Positions 1-12,526 are shown, counted from the whole stretch's first letter. The stretch: DNA of 63,328 nt, filler included, from Octopus bimaculoides (GCF_001194135.2; 5 parts of 5 records of this genome joined end to end with filler, not necessarily neighbours in it), one strand, 5' to 3'. The notes: generated from the sequence alone by a model not told the origin. A program made the numbers and translations.

Positions 1-348
1 TGGCACATGAGATGCACCATTTTGAGCGTGGCCGTTGCCAGTACCGCCTGACTGGCTCCTGTAGGATTTTCGAGCGAGATCGTTGCCAGTGCCCCTGGAC
101 TGGCTTGTGCGGGTGGCACATAAAAGACACCATTTCGAGCGTGGCCGTTTTCGTGCGGGTGACACGTAAAAGCACCCACTACACTCTCTGAGTGGTTGGC
201 GTTAGGAAGGGCATCCAGCTGTAGAAACTCTGCCAAATCAGACTGGAGCCTGGTGTTGCCATCCGGTTTCACCAGTCCTCAGTCAAATCGTCCAACCCAT
301 GCTAGCATGGAAAGCGGACGTTAAACGATGATGATGATGATGATGATG
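1..348 (+). mobile_element. RTE-type 3' UTR/tail copy
   Basis: Same repeat units, core and (GAT)n tail as 18416-19053. Confidence 0.8.
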
Positions 349-977
349 CATAATTAAATAATGTGGCAGCTGCCTCATGTAATTATCACTTGTCAACATT
401 GTTTTCTCTTAGTTTTGTCTGTCATCCATTAATGCCTTCTTCAATGATTTCCATTGAACCGTTTCTTCTCACCAATAACAAATAAATATGACAAAATAAC
501 TTTACATTTCTGACATACAAGTGTAAGAGAGTTAACAAACGATAGCTTATTAACTATGATGATAATGAGGTTTAGATGTAATACAATAGCACTCTGTATA
601 ACAATGGAATACTTAATATCAATATAGATTGTATATAATCTTAGTAAAGAGCATCTGACCATCGTTATAAGCGACATGATTGTGTCTCAGCACAGCTAAT
701 ATTATGGTAGTTCCATGAGAAAACAAAGGAAAATGTTACCAAGTCCAGTGCCAAATACAAATGATTAATTCCTTTCCTGGTCAAAATAACAATGAACAGG
801 TTTCACGATGTAATTTGGACGGAACAATCAAGTCAGAACTAAAACCAAATGGCAAAAAAATTCAGAAAGCTGTCCCTATGTTAGAATTAATATCATGTGA
901 AAACCATCAAGTGTGGAGTCTAGGAATGACTATACAGATTGACAAATGTTATCCAAACAATGTTGCAAATGTTTCAC

Positions 978-1268
978 CATCATCATCATCGTTTAACGTC
1001 TGCTTTTCATGCTAGCATGGGTTGGACGATTTGACTGAGGACTGGTGAAACCAGATGGCTACACCAGGCTCCAATCTGATTTGGCAGAGTTTCTACACCT
1101 GGATGCCTTCCTAACGCCAACCACTCCGAGAGTGCAGTGGGTGCTTTTACGTGCCACTGGCACGAAGGCCAATCAGGCAGTACTGGCAATGGCCATGCTC
1201 AAAATGGTGTATTTTACGTGCCACCTGCACAGGAGCCAGTCCAGGGGCACTGGCAACGACTTTGCTTG
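978..1268 (-). mobile_element. RTE-type 3' UTR/tail copy
   Basis: Reverse-complement copy starting with (CAT)n gtttaacgtc. Confidence 0.8.
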
Positions 1269-1655
1269 AATGGTTTATTATATATAATTATAAACAAAGA
1301 TTTGTGAGTTCAAATCACACAGGGAACTCATATTTTATTCCTATCTGTATGTTTTATGTCAACACCCATATTTTGTTTAAATGTAAACAGATGTTCACAA
1401 TTCAATACTAAATCTAACATTCAATAAACGTTAATGATCACTATACTTATTATACTTACAGAGTTGATGTTTAATTCTTTTCATTTATAACAATGGTATA
1501 AATGTTAACCTGAGACATTCAGGGTACACAACCAAACAAGAGACAACATATCATGACAGACACCTGGCTACATAACAACAACAACAATAACCTATCACTA
1601 AACAAAGGAAAAAGCTTGGTAGAAAAATTAAAGAAAAACTTTCTCATTAACTCAC

Positions 1656-1692
1656 CTGTTTACAAATAAACAACCCGTTTTAGTTCTCTCTC
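1656..1692 (-). CDS. Candidate 37-nt exon (ERTKTGCLFVN) of a second minus-strand gene
   Basis: gccttttag| ... AACAG|gtgagt (consensus donor); the only open frame is phase 1, matching a possible first exon ATGGCAGAGGCATTTC|gtaaat at 1916-1931. Confidence 0.25.
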
Positions 1693-4600
1693 CTAAAAGG
1701 CATTATTATTACAATTCTAATTCATCCATTTTACCAACCACGCTAACGTCCATTTAATGAAATTTCAGCGGAATATTTAATAGAATCATTTTACAACTAA
1801 TCTTTCAAATAGAAACTAAGAACAGAACCTGTTCTCAATTATTCTGACAAACAAAATGACTCAGGCAAAGAGAAACATTATGAAAATCTAGAAGATTCGG
1901 TTAATTTATATTTACGAAATGCCTCTGCCATTTTCTCGACTTCCTTCTCTTTAAATTTTGGACTCTTTGAAATATGTGTTTCCAAGTTTTATAGCAAAAT
2001 TTCTATATCTTTATCATAATCTAAATTATTGTGAGAAATTCCTGTCGTCAATGGTCAACTGGTGACCACAATAGTTTTGGTCAGCATCAACCGTGTTACC
2101 ATGTAATAGCTCAATATTTAAGTGCACAACAAAGTAGATTAATCTACATAATCTAACAATGTTGTAATTATCTCATTTAATTATCCATTGAAATCATAGA
2201 TTATCTTTAAGTTTTCTCTTTCGTTTCTTATATCTGTGCCAAATCTATGACATGGCGTTGTCCTCTCACCTCTAGATTTCCCTAACCAACATTTTCCCTA
2301 CCTCCTGCTTGATTCTAATGTCAAACAAATTGGTCATCGAAGATCTCGTGACAAACGCATGTCACACCACTTCAGAAAGGATAAACATAAATTTTATCTC
2401 TTTGTTGTGGGTAATCTTTAATTCGAAGTTCACCAGAATGTCATCCGATTCAAGAAATATTTGAACACTCCCTAATAAAACAGCAATTGTAAAGGTGAGC
2501 AATGATTAGTTCTAAACAGGTGTAACAGAAAATGATAACAGGTGTCCTAAAACACTGTACACTTGCACAAAACCTCATTAACTGCGTATGACTGTTCATC
2601 CACACATTATTGCACAAAATATCTGAAATGGTGCATCAGAACTGATAGTCAAGGACACACACCCTCACCCTATACATCAATCATAGTCTCTAACCCTTTT
2701 GATATCCCTTCTATCAATGTGGTGAACTTCAATAGGGGGGGGGGGCCATTGCCAGCAAATTTGAGGACACAAAAAATTAACCCCCTTGCAGAAACTGACA
2801 AACTTTTTGATGTCATCGTTAATATAAGAACATTACAAGAACTATGTAACCCCACTCACATCCCACTCCATCACCCACTATTCTACCACATCCGTCAGTA
2901 ATGCTAATTACATATGGAATAGAACCTGGAATACAAAAATATCTGGACCTTACTGGACTACAGAGGTCAATAGTCACAATTTGTAGGGATTTGGTCCTGT
3001 ACCCAAGTAAAACCGTATATATTTAGATAGAGGGTAACAAGGAGGAGAATGTTAGGTGAGGGTAGAAGATGATGCTATGACAAAATAATGTCACATTTCA
3101 GACATACACGTGTAAGAAGAGTAATGAATGATGGCTTATTAAGTGTCATGTTAATGAGAATATGGAAAGTAGAATAGAACACTTTCTGACATAACAATAC
3201 TAGATATCAATATAGATTGTATATAACCTGATTGGATAACATGTGGTGTTCCTTTAGGAAGAATATGGTTGTGTCTCAGCACAGTTGATATTATGGTAGT
3301 TCTGTCAGCATATAAAGGAAAATGTTATGAAGTCCGGTGCTAAACATTAATTACAATTTCTTTTCCTGGTCAAATAACAATGACCAGGTTTCATTATCCA
3401 ATTTGAACAAAACAATCAAGTCAGAACTAAAACCAAAAGCTGAAAAACACAAAACTGTCCCTCTATTACAATTACTGTGTATATTATTTGGAGTTACAAG
3501 CAAGAAGCTGTGTGTTCGAGTCACTCTGGGGACTCAGTTGATATTTTGGTAGTTCTGTCAGCAACCAAGGAAAAAAACGTTATGAAGTGCAGTGCCAAAT
3601 GTAAATTATAATTGATTTTCCTGGTCAAATAACAATTAAGTCAGAACTAAAACCGAAAGCTGAAAAACACAAAACTATCCTTCTAAAGGCAAGAGTAATT
3701 GAAAAAAAGAACCACAAGAAATGAAATAGGGGTGGAGACATTATTGACCCACCACCAGGAGTGAAGATGAAATTCAAAGAATTGCCACCAGTCGTGGAAG
3801 TAAGAGACATAGAAGCACTCATGAAGTATTATTAAAAAGAAAAATAAGTCTTTTAAATTGTTGGAAAAAAGGAAAAGAATAAAATGTTTTATGTTATCTT
3901 TAGGAAAAATAACAGTGAAAAAGACAAAAAAAAAACAAAGAACAATTATAAGCAATGTATATAAAGTCTGAAATGGTACTGCTATGAGGGTAGGGCCCAT
4001 GCGATCATTTTCATTTTTATATAATTTCATCTCCCATTCATTTTATGTTTTTTGTCCCCACTGTGATGTTCTGTCTGTCCTTATGGTGTCCCATTCTGAG
4101 TTTGGGACTTTATGCCTAATAAAGAAATCAAAAAACACAAAACTCTCCTTCTTTTACAATTAATATCATCTAAAACTCAAGATGTATGAGTCTAAGAATA
4201 TATATATATATATGGATAGTAAATGCTATTTAAACAATATAGTAAGTGTATATTATTTGGAGTTATGAACAAGAAATCGTATGTTCAAGTCTTTATATTT
4301 TGTGTTAACACCAATACTTTTTCAAATGTAAACAGATGTTCACAGTTCAATACCTTAACATTCAATAACACAACCACGTGTGTATATTATCAGACTTATA
4401 TTTGTCTTTTTTAGACGATTCGAATGTGTCTTGTACAATACAGACAAGAAAGTGATATTTCAAAAGCTGTATCGATGTTAAAACAGCAGAATTGGGTATT
4501 ATCACCCTTACAAGGCAGAAATAAATAGCCATTCGATAAAAGTAATTTAATGATCAATATTCTTATACAGATTTAATATTTAATTTTCTTTTATTTACTT

Positions 4601-5096
4601 TCTACAGTGTATATTCTAAGTGGAGACCTTTAGGGTATATACTGCAAGAGATGTTATCTCATATCAAACAACTTGCTACTGTAATTATTTGAGATCGTTA
4701 TAAGACGATAAATCACAAAGTATTTTGGAGGAGAATTTTATAAAATATGCTGCAATTACTCATGTCGTTTTTTAACGAATTACCGATATTTACAGCTACA
4801 AAGAACAACCGATTCAACAGTCAGACTTTATAATGTCGGCTCTCAAACTCTCAGCTGAGATTTTGCGATTAAATATCCTACTTTAGCAAAACTCAACATG
4901 ATGTTCTTGTGAGTAGCTTTCTCTTTAATCATCATCTTCCCTAGATACTGATAAATCATTAATCAACTTTAATGACTCACAATCGATTGTTAAAAATTGG
5001 TGTTTACTGATATAAAAATGTGACATAATGATACTTCAGCTCGTTACTAGTTATGTTTCGATATCATTCGTTAGTCTTATGTTGCAGTATCATTCA

Positions 5097-5269
5097 TTAG
5101 CCTTGTTCTGCTGACAGGACCCTCTTGAAATGTGACAAGTCTTCTATTTGGATAAAGCCAATGTTTTGTGGATGTAATGAGAGATAAACTATCACAGAGA
5201 AAAGACACCTGGAACATCTTTCAACATAAATCTGCCAGATTATGGCAGATCTGGGTCTATACGACAATT
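5097..5269 (-). CDS. Candidate terminal exon after the RING exon (56 aa then TAA)
   Basis: 66-nt intron ending aatgtacttcag|; open in phase 1 to a TAA at 5097-5099. No homology recognised. Confidence 0.3.
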
Positions 5270-5335
5270 CTGAAGTACATTAAATACCATAAAGTCAATG
5301 AGACAAACAGACAGATTATCAAACAGTTTTCTTAC

Positions 5336-5475
5336 CAAATTCTCCTGGTCCAAAGACTGGTTGTTGACAAGTGGGGCATGTTTCACATGTAATGCAGATC
5401 TGACACTCACTACAAAGGACACTATGTTGACACGGTTGGAATTTGGAAGCGAAATTAGTTTTACAATATGTACAT
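5336..5475 (-). CDS. Coding exon encoding a C3HC4 (RING-HC) finger; probable E3 ubiquitin ligase, gene not identified
   Basis: Acceptor ctattttgttccacag| and donor TTTG|gtaaga; 140 nt (phase 2 to 1) encoding CTYCKTNFASKFQPCQHSVLCSECQICITCETCPTCQQPVFGPGEF = C-x2-C-x10-C-x-H-x3-C-x2-C-x8-C-x2-C. Confidence 0.7.
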
Positions 5476-6701
5476 CTGTGGAACAAAATAGAAACACATC
5501 CCAACAATAACTTTCATTTATAATAAAGATTACATTGTGTACGTGATTAGAGTTCAGAATAGTATGAGACACTTCAATGACGAGCACAAATACATCAGAA
5601 GGTTTCCTTTTAACAATTACATTCAAACAGATTATATGAGCAGCGCACACACACACACATACACACACATACAAACTTATACACATATACATAAATGTAT
5701 GTCTTCACTCTGATACATCACTAAAACTGTTTTGTGTGTATGCAGATCGCAAAAAACACAGTCAACGACGTTTTTTGCCGTAATATACTTCAATTCCAGC
5801 ATAGACTCCATTTCTTCTGAATAAAAATATGAACACAAGATCATTTGTATTTCTAGGCTTTATTAAATGTGTAGATAACAAATATTTTATTGTATGTAAT
5901 CTATTTAATCTATTTATACTCTGGCATTTGGTTTTAAATTCTATGGATGGACAGACAGAACACAATTTCCACATGGGTATACTATGCAGCAAAACAAGTT
6001 ATACTTCTAAAATAGAACAATACCCTGAAAATAATATTTTGAGCCGAAGTTGTTCAACAGAAAGCATTGAGAGGGGAAAAAACTGACAGAGAAAAATGTG
6101 TAGGGATTAATATGTACAAAAAGTGAAAACTCGCTTCAAATTGATGAGTTGAATGGCATAAATGTTAGTTTCTATCTGCCTTCAATGTACTACTAACCCC
6201 AGGATGATGCCAAACCAAGAGAAGGTACACCATGGTTCTATGATTGAAGGACTGTGAGAAATAGTTCAACTATTGAGTTGGTCATTTCAGTGCCTCATCC
6301 GTATGTCTTCCCGGTGCCAATCAAAATCTGGCCATCCGCAGGAAACTTTTGGAAATTTGATGCAAGGGATATTACAAACAAAAGTCTTTACAGAACTGTA
6401 AAATAAAGGATCATATCAGAATGCCCTACATGCAAACTTGCCGCTTGTGAGAGCTGAATTGAGGCCCATTGAAAAAGTCATTGACTCCACCAGACATGGT
6501 GCAATTTTCATTCTTTATCTGAAGAACTCATTGATTTGCAACCATTTTCTAACAACTTGTTCACTTAAAATTTGTTCCTCCAAAACATGTTCTCTCCATC
6601 AAATGATTGCATCAAAACCCAGGCTTATTAGATTAGATTTCTTCTGGGGTTTGTGCGCACTGTTTAACCTTGGATAAGGCAAAGTGTGGAAATCAAATTA
6701 C

Positions 6702-6802
6702 TTATTGAATTCATCCTGGTATGTCACCTGATAAACACCTGAAGTTAGGTATTGTAGCTCCCTTGAATCATGACTCAACACCAGATGGAAAAGGGATACA
6801 AG
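6702..6802 (-). CDS. Candidate exon (LVSLFHLVLSHDSRELQYLTSGVYQVTYQDEFN) splicing in frame to the RING exon
   Basis: aatatcctcaaaccag| ... AA|gtaatt; 101 nt; the only open frame is phase 0 to 2, giving ...EFNK|CTYC with the RING exon. Confidence 0.35.
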
Positions 6803-6962
6803 CTGGTTTGAGGATATTCAATAAACAAAGTGCAAAAACCACAGGAAACTAAGCAAAAACAAAACAACCGCTTCTATAAATCAGGATAGGTTTCGATCCA
6901 GATACAAATTGTTTTTAAATGTCCACAGTTTATGCAATAAGGTCCACTTCTTTTATTCTTAC

Positions 6963-7021
6963 GTGGAAAGTATCAGTTCTGATCTCACTACAGTTGAACC
7001 TGGGAGCATTCCTTATTGATG
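6963..7021 (-). CDS. Candidate exon (ASIRNAPRFNCSEIRTDTFH)
   Basis: aactttttatgctcaaag| ... CAC|gtaaga; 59 nt; the only open frame is phase 1 to 0. Confidence 0.35.
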
Positions 7022-7186
7022 CTTTGAGCATAAAAAGTTACATTTTGTTTCAAAAATACCATCTATTCACCATGGGGGGTAGTGTGATGTTAATTCAAGT
7101 TTTCTAGCAATTCTTTATGAAGATTTAAACCAGTCACAAAAAGAGATGATTTTGTGCGATATATAAGCTCATCGACACTTGTTTAC

Positions 7187-7239
7187 CATCTTCCAGACTA
7201 CCATCAAAACACAGCCGTTTGACATTCTTGGAGCTGCAT
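7187..7239 (-). CDS. Candidate exon upstream of the RING exon (CSSKNVKRLCFDGSLED)
   Basis: catatttcaaag| ... GATG|gtaaac; 53 nt, phase 2 to 1, compatible with the next candidate exon. No homology recognised. Confidence 0.3.
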
Positions 7240-7309
7240 CTTTGAAATATGTCACTTATGGTTTCTCCATTTTTCCAGAGTTTGGCTTGGAAACTTTTCA
7301 CTGATCACA

Positions 7310-7490
7310 AAGTGAAAATGATTTTCGTTGATTCTGTGCTGGATTCAAACTGGTCCCAATTAGTTACCTCTTCCATAAGTGGTAACAACACTTTGGATCT
7401 GCTATTTACCACAAATCCTGAAATAGTCATCAGTTTCACTACCAAGATATATTTAACTGACTCTAATCATGCTCAAATCTTGCCAATCTA
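7310..7490 (+). mobile_element. LINE apurinic-like endonuclease fragment (CR1/L2/Jockey type)
   Basis: QLVTSSISGNNTLDLLFTTNPEIV...TDSNHAQI resembles the APE motif QLV..PTR..N.LDL.FTN..SDH. Confidence 0.6.
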
Positions 7491-7912
7491 TCTCCAACGG
7501 ATGGCAAGAACAGCCACCATCACCTCTAAACTGCTAGCTTTTACTGGAACACAGTCGACAGAAGACACCCCCGTTGTACAGAGTTTTAGTGCCTTGACTG
7601 GCTTCAAGTTTACAATTCTGGAGATGTCTATGTCAAACTACAGCATATTCTTAATATGGACCACGTGCTAAGCATCAGTATCAAGGAAACTTGTTAGAAT
7701 CCCTGTTCGTGCAATGTGAGAAACTGTAACAACCCACTTTGCCAGAAAAGATCGAGGAGATGCCGAATGTGAATAGAGATTACAAAGAACAGAGGATAAA
7801 TGAAGAAGATGAAATAGAACATCCAACCATATCAAGCAGGTGACTAAAAAAGAGACAATAATTAAATCTGAACAAGTCATGGCAACCTGGATAGAAAATC
7901 ATTTTGGAAGTA

Positions 7913-8155
7913 TCATCATCATCATCGTTTAACGTCCGATTCCATGCTAGCATGGGTTGGACGATTTGACTGAGGACTGGTGAAACCAGATGGCTACACC
8001 AGGCTCCAATCTGATTTGGCAGAGTTTCTACAGCTGGATGCCCTTCCTAACGCCAACCATTCCGAGAGTGTAGTGGGTGCTTTTACGTGCCACCGGCACG
8101 AAGGCCAGTCAGGTGGTACTGGCAACGGCCACACTCAAAATGGTGTATTTTACGT
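7913..8155 (-). mobile_element. RTE-type 3' UTR/tail copy
   Basis: Near-identical to 978-1220. Confidence 0.8.
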
Positions 8156-8271
8156 ATGTATGCTCAAAACATGGGGTCTCATATTCCATTCATCCCTCTT
8201 TGAAATCCCCACAAATCAGATTGCCAGAGATCCCAAAGAAGGTAGTAAGGTTTATTGTGGAATACTATGCT

Positions 8272-8371
8272 NNNNNNNNNNNNNNNNNNNNNNNNNNNNN
8301 NNNNNNNNNNNNNNNTTAATTAATTAANNNNNNNNNNNNNNNNNNNNNNNNNNNNNNNNNNNNNNNNNNNN
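8272..8371. other. Artificial 100-bp scaffold linker (44 N + TTAATTAATTAA + 44 N)
   Basis: Exactly the same structure at 34477-34576, 52136-52235 and 60069-60168; the spacer gives stops in all six frames. Confidence 0.95.
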
Positions 8372-8404
<33 letters not shown>

Positions 8405-8816
8405 ACACACATAATATATATATATTATATATATGTATGTATGTATATATGTATGTATGCCTGTATGTATGTGAGATAATAGTTTCACTTTAATAGTTTC
8501 AGTATTGAAGTGAAACTATGAAAGTGAAAATATCTCAGTCGAACCCACAAGAGTTAACAAGTGAAACAGAGACAGACAGAAACAAGGAAAATGCCCTGAT
8601 ATTTGAATACTATACAATTATGTTTTTAAAAAGACTTTTCATTTAAATTTGCCAAAATTTAATTTTTCCAAAATTTGTTATCCATATTTACTGTTGAAAA
8701 GATCTCAAGGATCGAAAGCGGTACTGAAATGCTTTTTATAAAAGTATTTTAGCATTTTCTACTTTGTCATTTTTCCATATATATATCTACTCGTGTGTTC
8801 TTCTTCAACCTTTTTC

Positions 8817-8847
<31 letters not shown>

Positions 8848-9439
8848 CATGTATGCATGTATGTATGTATGTAGGTATGTATGTACGTATGTACGTACAT
8901 ACGTATGNNNNNNNNNNNNNNNNNNNNNNNNNNNNNNNNNNNNNNNNNNNNNNNNNNNNNNNNNNNNNNNNNNNNNNNNNNNNNNNNNNNNNNNNNNNNN
9001 NNNNNNNNNNNNNNNNNNNNNNNNNNNNNNNNNNNNNNNNNNNNNNNNNNNNNNNNNNNNNNNNNNNNNNNNNNNNNNNNNNNNNNNNNNNNNNNNNNNN
9101 NNNNNNNNNNNNNNNNNNNNNNNNNNNNNNNNNNNNNNNNNNNNNNNNNNNNNNNNNNNNNNNNNNNNNNNNNNNNNNNNNNNNNNNNNNNNNNNNNNNN
9201 NNNNNNNNNNNNNNNNNNNNNNNNNNNNNNNNNGTGGCTGTGTAGGCAAGTGCATTGAGTGAAAAAAGTGTGACATGATTAGGAATAGGGAATGTGTTGG
9301 AAGCAGAGGATATCAGTTCACTGAAGGAAACAGGGTAACATAGAAGACTGATGAAAGAGTGGATGTCAGAAAATGAGTTGTGGAGGAAGGCTTGACAAAA
9401 CCTCAATTCTGCTGAAATGGATGGGTCTTTACAGAATAA

Positions 9440-10060
9440 CACCATTCATCTGTCTCCCATCATCTCCTCTGAGAAGCTCAACATCTTGCAGTCAGTCTTC
9501 ACTACCTTGTCCCATATTTTCCTAGGTCTACACCTCTTCCATATGTTCCCTCCATATCTAGCAATCAGCACCTCTGTTCTCATCCATCTGCATCACACGA
9601 CCATATTAGTGCAGTCTTCTCTCCTGCACACCACATCTGCCACCTCTTATGTCCAATCTTTCTCTAAGCACATTCTGCTTTTCTGTACATGTACACTGAC
9701 ATTCCACACCTATCCGAGCATACTTGAGCATATTGGATGTGGAATATGAGTGTGTGTGTGAAGGAATTAGTACCAAGGTACTGAGTAAAAAACTTGGTAT
9801 AAAGAGGAATCAAATGTTGTGTTTAAGAAAGAAGACTGAGATAGTATGGTCATGTGCTGCATATGAATGAGGAGGACTGCTGCATAATGAAGTGCTCTTC
9901 ACGTAATGTGGTTGGAACCTGCAGAAGAGGAAAACTTGATATGAAGTGGTGAAAGCTGATCGCAGGACATTGAGCCTGATGGATGAGATGACAAAGGACG
10001 AGGATCTCTGGCCATATGAGGTTATTAAAAAGTCTTGCCCTCCTCAACAAAACTGAGTTC
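9440..10060. mobile_element. Two divergent RTE C-terminal ORF remnants (9440-9640 minus, 9840-10060 plus)
   Basis: Both resemble the RCGVQERRL.WYGHV..M.E..GTC.RGRPRK.W peptide seen at 18040-18290. Confidence 0.55.
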
Positions 10061-12012
10061 TAGAAGTGCTATATTTTGGGCTCTCCACTCATTATAGTGA
10101 CTTCCTTCCCTCATGCACTATGTCTTCCTCATCCTCTCTTTTTTGTCCTTTCTTCATCAGCAACTGCATCATCTTTACTACTCCTGCTACTTGCTGTCCC
10201 CCCTCACTCTTCTACATCCCTCTGTTATCCCCAGTTCATAACTCTTGTCTCATCGTCCTTTCAACCCTACCTATTTTGCCAGTCTGCTCTCACTTACTTC
10301 TCAGTCATCTTCCCATATAATCTTACAAACCACCCATCCACCCACCCACTCACTTCTACTCTGCTTGTACTTTGAGGGGTTACCTGGGTACTTTATCACC
10401 GTCGTCTATGTCTTGCAGCTCCTACTAATCGTTTTCTCTCTCACTAGCTTTTTTCTATACTAAATGGGAGTAACCATGGAGATCCCTCTGCAGGAACATG
10501 CTGTGCTTCTTCCACCCACTCATAGTAACCACCTTGTTCCCTAGCATAGAGCTGATCCCCTCACCTATTCAAGGACTTGTCTTGCAAACTGCATTGTGAC
10601 TTCAATAGTGCAAGAAAAAAAAAAGCATCCAGACAATGCTGTAAAGTGGTTGGCATTAGGGAGGGTATCCAGCCATAAAAACCATACCAAAGCAGACATT
10701 GGAGGTCAATGTAATCCTTGTATGCAAAGGTTGCTGTGAAACCATCCATCTCGTGCCAACATGGAACATGGACTTTAAATGATGATAATGTTGGTGATTA
10801 TAAAGAAATTATATAGTGTTTTATCTTGACTGATAGTTTCAGTTAATTAATAATCATATGCAAGACATCACAGGTATGCAGCCTGTGACCAGTCAGACGA
10901 ATTATTACTTCCATTTTCAAGAGAAGATTGGCAAATGTAAGTTGTTTAGTAGTGTTTGCAAAAATAAAAGGTTGAAGGGAGAGACAAATTTGATCAAGAT
11001 AGTAAGAAGAGGGGAATAATTAAAAGACAAAATAAGAAGAAGAATGACCCCAAAACACAGGATAAAAAGAAGAGATAAGGCAGGATAAAAGCCAGTTTGC
11101 TGAAAGCAAATCTCACAGGTGGTCAAAGAGCTTGTTCACAGAAAGGGAAGGAAAGGTGAGGAGAGATAAGTATTTTGGAAGGTGAGTTGGAATGGTAGAG
11201 GAGGAAATTATGTTAAGGCACTACAAGAAATTATAATATTTTGATATTTAGATAATGAGGAGAGATTTGGCCATGAGGGAGAAATTATAATGATTTTACT
11301 TAATGGGCAAATGTACAGTGACACTTATGTGTGCTAGAAAAGATTACACCAGAGAACCTATTGAGAAACGTATTATTTTAGCATAAAATTGTGACACAAT
11401 TTACACATATGGCAACATAATTTACACATGCAATGGTTAGTGTCATATAGGGTACTCCCACAAACCTGGATAAGGTGTAAGGTATGCCATGGGCCTTGAG
11501 GTGGTGTATTCAGGTAGCTAGGGAAGTAGATAGTTTGGATGACCTATTTGAAAATGAGCTCAGATGGACCAGGTAGCTCGTCTCCAATGTTGACCTTAGC
11601 GTAGTGGGAACATGGAATCATGACCAGACATTTATATACCACATTATAGTATAAACAAATTCCATCCAATGAACATAGTTGAGAGACCAGACAATTTTCA
11701 TCTACTGGTAGGCTTATATTCTGTTTGTATCCTATATTAGTCCATATGATTGATTATCCCAGAGATATAATCCTAACCCCTCACTGGTTAAATTTGAAAT
11801 GGATCTTCTGCAAATGATCAGGAATATGAAATTCTTGAATAAAGCAATTCCCTTCCAAAGAGACCTCTCTAGGATTATTTTCAGGACAAAAAATTCCCAC
11901 TTGTGTGTTTTTCTGAAAAAAAAAAAAAACCTGACAAGTTATATATCTTTTTGATTAATATGTACACCAACTTCATAACTAAGGAATTAAGTAGGAACTA
12001 TAGACATGCTAT

Positions 12013-12331
12013 AGGTGCAGGTGTGGCTGTTTGATGAGAAACTAGCTTCCCATCCATATGGTTCTGAGCTCAGTCCCACTACATGACACCTAGGGCAAGT
12101 GTCATCTACTATATATATGTGTGTGTTTGTCCTACATCACTGCTTGACAACCTGTGTTATTGTGTTTACATCCCCCTAACTTAGTGGTTTGGCAAAAGTT
12201 AGCGATAGAATAAGTATTGGGCTTAAAAAAAAAGTACTGGAGTCACTTTATTTGATTAAAAATTCTTTGAAGTTGTGCCCCAGCATGAACACAGTCTCTT
12301 GAGTGAAACGAGTAAGAGGTAAAAGATAAAA
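12013..12331 (+). mobile_element. tRNA-derived SINE, family 1 (CpG-decayed copy)
   Basis: tRNA-like head, cttgggcaagtgtc core and gaataagta..cagcatg..gaaacgagtaaga tail. Other pieces at 36570-36655, 38735-38790, 40316-40580, 41646-41846, 41950-42055 (-), 47690-47810 and 58130-58320 (-). Confidence 0.75.
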
Positions 12332-12526
12332 GAAGCTAACTGGAATGCTCTTAAGGATATCAATAACCTGCACTGTAAGCTGATGGAAGGCCTTCGATTA
12401 CATTATCAGATAGAACTCCTTTAGACCACCCCCATCACACTGAAGGATCATGAGCCTGGTTTCTCCATTAAACTTTCCATTAGGTTTATTTGTTCCCTTA
12501 AATGCTCCATTAGTAAATGCATTATA

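Noticed and set aside
2095-2108. X-box-like GTTACCATGTAATA as a CFAP52 promoter
   Set aside because: Poor 3' half-site, no CFAP52 exon 1 recognised nearby, and separated from the CFAP52 exon by a scaffold join.
5041-5100. Tandem hammerhead-like motifs (CUAAYGAA..GAAAC, minus strand)
   Set aside because: The essential G of CUGA is A in both copies and the second lacks GAAA.
1916-7239. STX8 head-to-head with CFAP52, as in vertebrates
   Set aside because: None of the minus-strand candidate exons resembles syntaxin-8.
8316-8327. TTAATTAATTAA islands inside N runs (four copies)
   Set aside because: Identical 44+12+44 layout every time; an artificial six-frame-stop scaffold linker, not biological.
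11460-11915. Minus-strand exon after a strong poly-T acceptor (11914)
   Set aside because: All frames stop within ~60 codons, there is no convincing donor, and no homology was recognised.
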